Source: Planctomycetota bacterium (GTDB taxonomy: Bacteria; Planctomycetota; UBA8108; SXIK01). Taken from it: a stretch of 64,000 bases of DNA. Below are positions 20,235 to 28,500 of the stretch, in pieces; positions within the stretch are counted from its first letter, which is position 1; every line of letters begins with the position of its first letter. The stretch lies in the NCBI GenBank assembly GCA_965223845.1, contig CBDCXR010000004.1, forward strand, positions 6,113,252-6,177,251, in the 5' to 3' direction. Below the pieces are notes generated by a model. That model worked only from the letters and a program-made list of their open reading frames with translations. It did not search any database and was not told the origin of the DNA. The position numbers and the translations under genes were made by a program.

Positions 20235-21107
20235 GGCCGGGACACTCAGCCTGACTGCTTTTCGGTTGGCAGCTCCTCGGCAAACCAGACCTAGAGATGG
20301 CGAAGCGCGCGAAAGGGGCAGCTGTTCTCTACACTTCCGATGATGACCGTGATGGCGCTGACGGCGCGACGTTCAGCGAGAACGCGCACCGCGTCCTCGA
20401 CCGGACGTTCGCCGCAGATTCGGTGCCCACCGCTCCGGTGAGCGAGAAAGACGCGGTCCCCCGTCGGCGTTCGCCGTCGGCTCGCCGGCACTCGCCTCGG
20501 TTCGGCACGACGTGCGGAGTCTGGGGGCCGCGCGTCGCGACGTTCGCCCTCACCCCCCTCCCCGAGAACCGTGGGAACGTCGGGCCTGTGTCCTTGAAAC
20601 ACCCTGAAATTCAGGGCTTACACAGCGCTTGTTCCCGGATCGAGAGGATCGTGCGTCGTCGCACCTAGGCCGAAGAGCGACCGGGTTGGCCTCGGGTTCC
20701 AGCTTCCGAGGGACCGAGCAACTTCTTCCACCCAGCTCGAAAGCACGTCCTGTGCCATCCCTCCGCGATCTTCGTTATTGAGTCGGCGGGGACGTTTAAG
20801 ACTCTATGAAGTAATGACTTAAGAAGTTCCAGCCGCGCTTCGTGCGGACGCTCTCCCCGCTCGCCTCACAACTTCTTTGTCAAGCGAGCCCGGTAGGTGG
20901 CCGGGATCGGCCTCGAAAGGCCCACAAGGATGTTGTGAGTCGAGCTCGGACCCGAGGAACGTTCGCGTGGATTGTCGCCCACGAACTCTTTTGACCCGAA
21001 GTTGATCGGGTCGCCGCTGCGTGGGGTTCTAATCACGAAGCGGCGTCTTCGCCGCCGCTCCCCCGGATTCGTCCCGTTTCGCCCCGAGTTTCTTCTAGAG
21101 GAACAGC

Positions 21108-22526
21108 ATGTTTCGATCCCCGCGCTCAAGATCGTTCGTTGGCACCGCCCGATTCGTCGGAGCTCTCGTCTTCGCCGGCAGCCTGAACTCGTTCGCCGCC
21201 GCCGGCGATTGGCTCCACTGGCGCGGCCCGACCGGGAACGGCACCGCTCCGGACGCGAAGCCGCCGATCGAGTGGGGTGAATCGAAGAACCTTCGCTGGA
21301 AGGTCGAGATCCCCGGGAACGGCAGTGCGTCGCCGATCATCGTCGGCAACCGAGTCTTCATCGCGACCGCAGTCGAGGATGAGAACGCCCGCGGCGCGCG
21401 GCGCTCGGATCCTCGCCGTCCGACGGAAACTCGCGCAGCGGGCCAAGAAGAACCGGAGCGGCGCCGAGATCGGCGCCGCGGACGAGGCGGACGACGCGGC
21501 GGTCGCGGGCGAGGCGGCCCGCCGACGGTCACACAGAGCTTTACGCTCCTCTGTCTCGATCGAAAAAGCGGCGACACTCTCTGGACGAAGGTCGCCGCGA
21601 AGACCGTCCCGCACGAAGGTCACCACGGCGACCACGGATTCGCTTCCGCCTCGCCGTGCTCGGACGGGGAGCGCGTCTATACGCACTTCGGCTCGCGCGG
21701 ACTTTTCTGCTACGACCTCGCGGGGAAGCTGATCTGGGAAAAGGCCGACTTCGGGAAGATGGAAACTCGAAACGGGTTCGGCGAGGGCAGCTCCCCGACC
21801 GTCTACAAGGACGTCGTCATCGTCCCTTGGGATCACCAAGGTCCGTCCTACCTCGTCGTTCTCGACAAGAAGACGGGCGACGTGCGCTGGCGCGTCGACC
21901 GCGACGAGCCGACGTGCTGGGCGACGCCGCTCGTCGTCGAGCACAACGGGAAAGAACAAATCATCGTGAGCGGAGAGAATCACGCACGTGGCTACGATCT
22001 AAAGAGCGGTGACGAGCTCTGGCGCTGCTCGGGACAGACGGGCCGGCCGGTAGCTTCGCCGGTCGCCGGTCACGGGCTCGCGTTCGTCGGGAGTGGATTT
22101 CGCGGCTCGTTTCTCGGCGCGTTCCGGCTCGGCGCGCGCGGCGATTTGAAGGGCACGGACGGAGTCGCGTGGCAACTCAAGTCGTCGACCCCCGACATTC
22201 CGTCGCCGCTCCTCTCGGGAACTCGCCTCTATTTCCACGCGGCGAGGAAGAACATCATTTCGTGCTACGACGCGCCGAGTGGAGAGCCCCACTACGGACC
22301 GACGCGCGTAGAGGGACTCGGCGACACCTACGCCTCACCCATAGCGGCGAACGGCTACGTCTACCTGACGGACCGAAGCGGCACGACGGTCGTGATCAAG
22401 GACGCTGACAAGCTCGAGATCGTGGCGACGAACGAGCTCGACGAGGGTGTCGACGCGACTCCGGCGCCAGTGGGGAACGAGATGTTCGTCCGCGGGCGAC
22501 GGCATCTCTATTGCTTCGGTAGTTGA
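21108..22526 (+). CDS. PQQ-like (BamB-type) beta-propeller repeat protein, secreted
   Basis: 472 aa, GAGGAA RBS, signal FVGALVFAGSLNSFAAA. DWLHWRGPTGNGTAP...NLRWKVEIPGNGSASPIIVGNRVFI is the typical opening of planctomycete PQQ_2 propellers. It contains an Arg/Gly-rich insertion. Confidence 0.8.
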   Translation: MFRSPRSRSFVGTARFVGALVFAGSLNSFAAAGDWLHWRGPTGNGTAPDAKPPIEWGESKNLRWKVEIPGNGSASPIIVGNRVFIATAVEDENARGARRSDPRRPTETRAAGQEEPERRRDRRRGRGGRRGGRGRGGPPTVTQSFTLLCLDRKSGDTLWTKVAAKTVPHEGHHGDHGFASASPCSDGERVYTHFGSRGLFCYDLAGKLIWEKADFGKMETRNGFGEGSSPTVYKDVVIVPWDHQGPSYLVVLDKKTGDVRWRVDRDEPTCWATPLVVEHNGKEQIIVSGENHARGYDLKSGDELWRCSGQTGRPVASPVAGHGLAFVGSGFRGSFLGAFRLGARGDLKGTDGVAWQLKSSTPDIPSPLLSGTRLYFHAARKNIISCYDAPSGEPHYGPTRVEGLGDTYASPIAANGYVYLTDRSGTTVVIKDADKLEIVATNELDEGVDATPAPVGNEMFVRGRRHLYCFGS

Positions 22527-22546
22527 TCGGTCGACTTGAGAGAGAA

Positions 22547-22746
22547 TTTCACACGAAGAGCGCGAAGGACCGCGAAGAAAGACTTCGGAAGAGAGATCGC
22601 GGAGGTTTCGTCCTCGCGTACGTTCGTCCGGTTAGGGATGTAGATTCATCGATCCACCACCACATCGACTCCGAACGTTCGCCACCAATCTCTCTCCCGC
22701 TCTTTCTTCCTCTTTCTTCGCGGTCCTTCGCGCTCTTCGTGTGAAA
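22547..22746. repeat. perfect 35-36 bp inverted repeat (arms 22547-22582 and 22711-22746) with ~128-nt spacer in a convergent intergenic gap
   Basis: The left arm is tttcacacgaagagcgcgaaggaccgcgaagaaag(a). The right arm (t)ctttcttcgcggtccttcgcgctcttcgtgtgaaa is its exact reverse complement, verified base by base. The repeat lies between the stops at 22526 and 22779. Confidence 0.9.
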
Positions 22747-22778
22747 CTCTTCGTCAGAGTCGACCAACCGCCCGGGAA

Positions 22779-25514
22779 TCAACCACACCCCGGAAACACC
22801 GCGCAAGTCAGCGAACCCGGCGTCGGATCATCCCCGCAAGCGTCAAACGGCGGCGGTGGAGCGTCGCCATCGCCGAAGAGGTGGTTCAGCAGCCAAATCG
22901 CATCCGCGATGTTGATCCCACCGGAGTCATCCACGTCCGCCGCATTCGCGCATGCCGGGTCGTCGCCGTCGACGAAGAGGTAGTTGAGGATGAAGATCGC
23001 GTCGGCGATGTTCGCGCTCGCGTCGCCGTCGACGTTACCGCGGCGAAAGGCGACATCGGCCGGGCAAGCCTCGTACGCCCCGCGGTCGACGCCGCCGCCG
23101 CACGGTCTCGCGCGGCCGTCGAGATCGGTCGCGGGTGCGCCGTCCGCCTGCCCCCGGTCGATCGACTCGGAGGTCGCCTCGAGACGGAAGTCACCGGGGA
23201 TCCACACGTCGTCGGCCGGGCTCGGTGTCCCGCGGTCGTCCCAGCGACCCGCATCGATGAAATCCGGGTCGACGTTCGAGTTCCCGTCGCCGGGCCAGGT
23301 GTTTTCGCCGCGGACGCACGAGAAGCTGATCTCCGCCGTTGATCCAGAGCGAAGATCGAGCGGAGTCTCTTCCCAGAAGATTGCGTTCGCCGCCGAGAGC
23401 GTCGACTGCGCGGCCAAGATGCCGGCGGTCCGATTGCCGGAAAACGTCGTGTTCACGAACTCCGGGTCGGCCCCGCCCGTCAGGTACGCGCCGATCTCGT
23501 TGCCCGAGACGACGACGTTCTCGAGTCGCGGTCGAGAGAGAAACGCAAAGAGTCCCGCGCCGCCGAACGCCGCCGGGTCGATGATGTCGCGGAGCTCGCT
23601 CCTTGCGCGCGAGTTCGCCTCGAGGTGAACTCGCGACAGGAGAGGGGTCTCTCCCGAAGCGACGGCGATCGCCGCCAACACCTCCCCCGCGGTGACGGTC
23701 GCGTCCTCGACGCGCGCGCTCGTTCGGAGACCGGCCAGAGTCCCGCGGAGCAGCGTCGAGCGGTGGCCGTCCCCTAGGAGACTGACCGCGAGCGCGAGAT
23801 TCGTCAGGCCGACGGTCAACTCACCCGCTACGTGAACCGTCCGGCGGTCGAATCCACTCGCCGGCACGCGATCGTCGCTCGCGCCCATGTCGACGCCGTC
23901 CGCTCCGCTACCGAGACACGGTGAATCCTCGGCGAGCGCGAGATCGAAACCCGCGAGAGCGGGGTCGAGAGTCCCGAACGGCGCCGCTTCCGTGCCGTCA
24001 CCACCATCCGGGGCCCCCGCGACGACGTACACTTCGTCCGTCGACCAGCCTGCGAATGCGGGCGCCGCGGCGATATTCCCCGCGCCCGGCCACGGGCCGT
24101 CGTTCTCGACGCAGGAGAACGTCACGGTGCAAAGATTTCCGTCGCACAGATTCCCCGCGATGGGGCCGCCCGCGTTCGCCCAGAGGATCGAGCTTTCGAT
24201 CGTGAGGGCGGCCTTGTCGGAGAAGATTCCGCCGCCGGTTCGAAGCGCCGCGTTTCCGACGATCGTCGCGCGATCGATCTCCGTCATCGATTCGCTCAGG
24301 TACGCGGCGCCGCCGGTGCCGGCGGTGTTCCGAAAGAAAATCGACTCGGAGACCTGGATCTCGCCGCCGTAGGCACAGAAGAGTCCGCCTCCGCGCGGTG
24401 CGAAATTCTCCTCGATGCGGCACCGCTCGAACCGGATCGCGTTCTCCTTGTGCTCGGTGTACAGCGCTCCGCCCGAGTCGCGCGCGCGGTTCTCCGCGAA
24501 TCGGCACCCGACGACGATCGGAGGAGAGTCGTCCCTCGCGCTCGCGATCGTCTCGACGGAGATTCCCGCTCCGACCTGCGCGGTGTTGAGGAGGAATTCG
24601 CTTCCTTCGATCCGCAGGTCGATGCGCGCGAGTGCATCGATTTCAAGGCCTCCACCCGATCCGCCGGTGCCGTCGGGAAGGCCCTCCGCGACGTTTCCGC
24701 GAAATAGACTGTCCTCGAGTGCGAGCTTCTTTCCGCGGCAGAAGAGGCCCCCGCCGTGAAACTTCGCGGTGTTGTTTCGAAACTCGACGCGGCGGATCTC
24801 GGCGCTCGCATCGCCGTCGATGAAAATGCCGGCGCCGTTTACGGCGCGATTGCTCGAGAAGACCGAATCTTCGACGACCAGGTTCGAGTCCGCGAGAGCG
24901 GCGATGCCCGCTCCGCCCGGGAAGCGAAACCTCGGCGCATCGGGGTTGAAGTTCCGCGCAAAGGTCGAGCGCCGTACGGTGACGCGCGAATCGACTCCGC
25001 AGAGGATCGCGCCGCCGTACTCGGCGGTGTTCGATTCGAAGACGCAGTCTTCGATCACCGGCTCAGCGTGCGGGCCGACGTACACCGCGCCGCCGCCGAC
25101 GGCGAGCACGACTTCGAACTTTCCGTCGGGGAGTCGAACTTCAATCTCGCGGCGAGTGCCTCGGCCGCCGCTGATCGTAAGGCCGGCGATGCGAACGTCG
25201 GGCTCGCCGCTTTCGAGCGCGAATACGCTCGCCCGGGAGCGGTCGTCGGGTGAACCCATGCGCACGGTCGTCGCCTCGGCGCCGTCGCGGCTTCGAACCG
25301 TGAGCGACTTCCCGCCGAACACGATCGGGCGCGTCACCTCGTACTCGCCGGGCGCGATGACGATTTCGTCGCCACTCTCGGCGGCAGCGATCGCGGCGGC
25401 GATCGTCGCGTGGTCTTCCGGAACGCGGAGCTCGACGGCTGGGAGAGCGCTCCATCCGATGAAGAGCGCGATCGCGACGAACGGTCCGAGCTTCGAAGGC
25501 CTCGACTCACTCAC
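22779..25514 (-). CDS. secreted right-handed beta-helix protein with Pmp-type (GGAI / FxxN) repeats and dockerin-like C-terminus
   Basis: 911 aa. GTG start overlaps the upstream stop by 8 nt. Repeats: FSSNRAVNGAGIFI, FRNNTAKFHGGGLFC, FAENRARDSGGALYT, FFRNTAGTGGAAYL. It ends in two dockerin-like repeats plus a Cys tail. Confidence 0.85.
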   Translation of the reverse strand: MSESRPSKLGPFVAIALFIGWSALPAVELRVPEDHATIAAAIAAAESGDEIVIAPGEYEVTRPIVFGGKSLTVRSRDGAEATTVRMGSPDDRSRASVFALESGEPDVRIAGLTISGGRGTRREIEVRLPDGKFEVVLAVGGGAVYVGPHAEPVIEDCVFESNTAEYGGAILCGVDSRVTVRRSTFARNFNPDAPRFRFPGGAGIAALADSNLVVEDSVFSSNRAVNGAGIFIDGDASAEIRRVEFRNNTAKFHGGGLFCRGKKLALEDSLFRGNVAEGLPDGTGGSGGGLEIDALARIDLRIEGSEFLLNTAQVGAGISVETIASARDDSPPIVVGCRFAENRARDSGGALYTEHKENAIRFERCRIEENFAPRGGGLFCAYGGEIQVSESIFFRNTAGTGGAAYLSESMTEIDRATIVGNAALRTGGGIFSDKAALTIESSILWANAGGPIAGNLCDGNLCTVTFSCVENDGPWPGAGNIAAAPAFAGWSTDEVYVVAGAPDGGDGTEAAPFGTLDPALAGFDLALAEDSPCLGSGADGVDMGASDDRVPASGFDRRTVHVAGELTVGLTNLALAVSLLGDGHRSTLLRGTLAGLRTSARVEDATVTAGEVLAAIAVASGETPLLSRVHLEANSRARSELRDIIDPAAFGGAGLFAFLSRPRLENVVVSGNEIGAYLTGGADPEFVNTTFSGNRTAGILAAQSTLSAANAIFWEETPLDLRSGSTAEISFSCVRGENTWPGDGNSNVDPDFIDAGRWDDRGTPSPADDVWIPGDFRLEATSESIDRGQADGAPATDLDGRARPCGGGVDRGAYEACPADVAFRRGNVDGDASANIADAIFILNYLFVDGDDPACANAADVDDSGGINIADAIWLLNHLFGDGDAPPPPFDACGDDPTPGSLTCAVFPGCG

Positions 25515-28500
25515 AGTCCACTCGGAGCGGCGATGCCGCGCGCCCCCCTCCGTAGAGATAGTTCAAGAATGCGATTGGATCGTTGATCGCGACCGAACCG
25601 TTTCGATCGAAATCTGCAACCGATGGACAAACGATCGCGACCTCCGTCGCGCCTTCGCGCGCGCCGAAGAGATGGCGCAGCACGGTCACCGCGTCGGTGA
25701 CGTCGAGCCGACGATCGCCGTTCGCGTCGCCCGTCAAGATGTCGCGCGCGTACACGTACGCACCGGCCTGGCGGTCGGTTCCGTGTGCGGTTTCCACGAT
25801 GACATCAACTGAGTCTGCGCGCACGGCCGGAGGCGCGAGTCCGCGAAGATCCCCGCTCGGGAGGAGGGCGAGATCGAACAGTTCGCGCTCGCCGACGAGA
25901 ACGCGGGTTGCGCTCGTCAATCCCGCGCCCGTCACCGTGACGACGTCACCCCCGAGAACCGACCCGCGCGCGGGAAGGATCTTCGCGATCGCCGGCGGCT
26001 CGGAGCTCGCGAGTCCGCGCGCGCCCATGTCCGTTCCGTCGCGCCCGGTGCCGAGACAGGGAGATCCCGCGCGCAATCGGACGTCCCGCTGAGCGACGAA
26101 CTCGGGGTCGAGAGAGACGTTCTCAACACCCCAGAAATCCGGATCCGTGCCGAGATTCGATCGAGAGATCTCGAGCGTCGAATCGAGGTCGACGCTCACG
26201 TCGACGTCGTTGCCCCACACGATCGAGCTGTGGAACGTCCCGTGAGCCCCGAGCGCGCCGGCGGTCTTGACCAGGGCCGCTACGCCGTTCAGGCATCCCG
26301 TAACCGTGTTGTGGTCGCCCGTAGCCGTCGTCCCGTCCTTGAGGACGATCCCGTCGCGGCAGTCGACGATCACGTTCTTGCGAATGGAGGGCGATCCGAG
26401 GCCCTCGATCGAGATCGCGCGATCGCCGCAATCGATCATCACGTTTCCCTCGATCAGAGCGGAAGACGCGAGGAGGTCGATCCCATCGTCGCTTCCCCCG
26501 CGGATCAAGTTCCCGGCGATGCGACTCGCTCCCGGTTCGCGGTCGAGCTCCCCGTCGAGATCGATCGCGTCCTGGTCGCCGTGAACATCCTCGATCGTAT
26601 TTCCGGTCGCGATCACTGTCGACGTCACCCCGTGGATCGCTTCGCCGGTCCGCCGGAAAGTGCAGTCGGCAACCTCGAGCCGGCCGTCGATCGCTTCGAG
26701 GACGACTCCGGGAATCCCTTCGAAGTGGGAGTTCCGCACCGAGACGTTCCCCTTCTCATTTTCGATGAACGGTTTCGCGGGTGTCGACGGATCGAACTCG
26801 CCGCTCGCAAACACGAAGCGGACGTGCTCGAGGCGGCCGCGCGAACCGTTCAAAAAGTGGATGCGTTGGCCGCTGCCGCCGGGGATAGAAAGCCCGAACA
26901 CGATCGGTCGATCGGCGCTTCCCACCGCATCCAGGTTGCCGTCGACGAGAAGCTCGCCGCTCGGTGCAAGGAGAACGTGGGCCCCGGCGTCGATCCGGAC
27001 CGAAGCGTTCGCGGGCACCTTGAGGTCGGGTGCGAGGATCCAGGGCGCTCCGTCAGCCGCGAACTGGGTCTCCCCGGGAGGAAGCGTCGAAACGACGCGT
27101 TCGGGCGAGATGCGCTCGAGCGTCGCGTCGAGCCTTGCGATGGTCTCGCCGTCCTCGTCGAAGGCGCGGATGCGAAGCCTCCGGTCCGTGCGCGCGGAGA
27201 TCGCGATGCGCCAAATGCCGTCGACCGCCGAGTACTCGGCTTCCCGTCCGGCTACCGTCACCCGCGCCGCCTCCGCGGGTGGCGCCGTACCGGAGAGAAC
27301 AAGATCCTCGGCGATCGCGAAGAGTCTCCGGCCGCTCCCGACTCCGCCCTCGGCGACCGAGGCGCTCAGCGTGCGCTCGACGTGCCGGCGGATGAACGCG
27401 CTTCTCTCGCGGACGAAGGTGACGAACTCGTCCTGACCCTCGAGGTCGTACCCGCGCTCGATGCGGCGCGCTTGGCGAGCGGTCGCTTCGACGGTGAAGT
27501 GCGTCGAGACGAGATCGCGGAGCGTCCGGTAGTAGTGTCGTGAGTACTCGGGGATCTCGAGGAGACGACGGATCGCGGGCACGCTCGGGCGGACGAGCCG
27601 CTCCTCGGACTCGAGGTAGACGCTGTCCATGTCCCACGGAAGGAGCACGAAGCGCCCGCCTTCGGGCGAGTAGATGAAATAGTCGTCTCCCGTGTCGCGA
27701 TAGATGCCGCCCTCCTGATTGCTGAGCGCACCGTGCACGGCGAGAGTCTCTATCCATTGGCGCGCATCGATCCGGCGGGAAATCGTCGCCCGAAACTCGT
27801 CCTCGGGAGTCTCGCTGAACACACGGCATAGTTCGATGATGTCCGAGAAATCGCCGTCGCGCTCGTTCGTCTCCTTGTTGTAGTGCTCGACGTAGGCCGC
27901 GGGATCGTCGCCGCGATAATCGAATACCGCTTCGTCGCGGCCGCGGTAGAGATTGCCGTCGTCGTCGCTGAAGTGCCGGCGGAGGTACGCCCGATCGATC
28001 GGCTCGAGCTGGGCGTAGCGAGGAAAAAGCTGGCCGTCGAAGACGAGACGGACGAGGCGCGCGCGCGAGTAGGGAAGTCCCACGCGGCGCCAAAGATCCA
28101 TTCCCATGACTTGTCGGTGCGGCTGGAACGCATTGAGGAAGATCGTGCGGCCGTCGGGAAATCGGTCTTCGTCGCGAAAGCGGATGCGGTAGGACTTCGG
28201 ATCGAGGAGCCGCGACCCGCTCCCTCGGTAGCGAACGCGAGCGCGGTAGTACGCCTTCCCCCCCGCGATGAAGGTAGCGGGACGCTGGACGTTCGAGAGC
28301 GGATCCTCGGCGAGCGCGGCGACGTCCGCCGGCCGGAGAACGAGACGGTAGTCTTCGTCGAGCGGCGAGTCGCGGTCGGTGTCGACTTCGAAGAGTGCGG
28401 TATCCGGCTCGCCGCCGTAAGGGAACACGCCGCACTCGCGGCGCCCGCGGCTCTCGGGGCCGCAAACCTCGATCTGAAACTCGATCACCGCGCCGTCGAC

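Noticed and set aside
20602-20616. Palindrome ccctgaa-a-ttcaggg in the divergent gap, a possible operator
   Set aside because: A 7-bp arm palindrome with a short spacer is not improbable in ~870 nt. No second copy or positional relation to a promoter could be established.
20291-20668. Small ORFs in the long divergent gap: 103 aa on the minus strand and 123 aa on the plus strand
   Set aside because: The minus ORF's C-terminal half (...RVFLAHRSGGHRICGERPVEDAVRVLAERRAVSAITVIIG...) has coding-like third-position G+C (~71% by my count). However, I recognise no family, no convincing start or RBS, and the two ORFs overlap each other. This may be a decayed gene, but I cannot support a call.
20662-20674. 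13-mer cacctaggccgaa shared with 40638..40650, both intergenic
   Set aside because: In 64 kb on both strands, dozens of 13-mer coincidences are expected by chance. The flanking sequence is only loosely similar.
22523-22806. Two small mirror-image ORFs (73 and 85 aa), both containing EFHTKSAKDREE
   Set aside because: They are generated by the two arms of the perfect inverted repeat being read on opposite strands. There are no start-site signals. The repeat itself is the feature.
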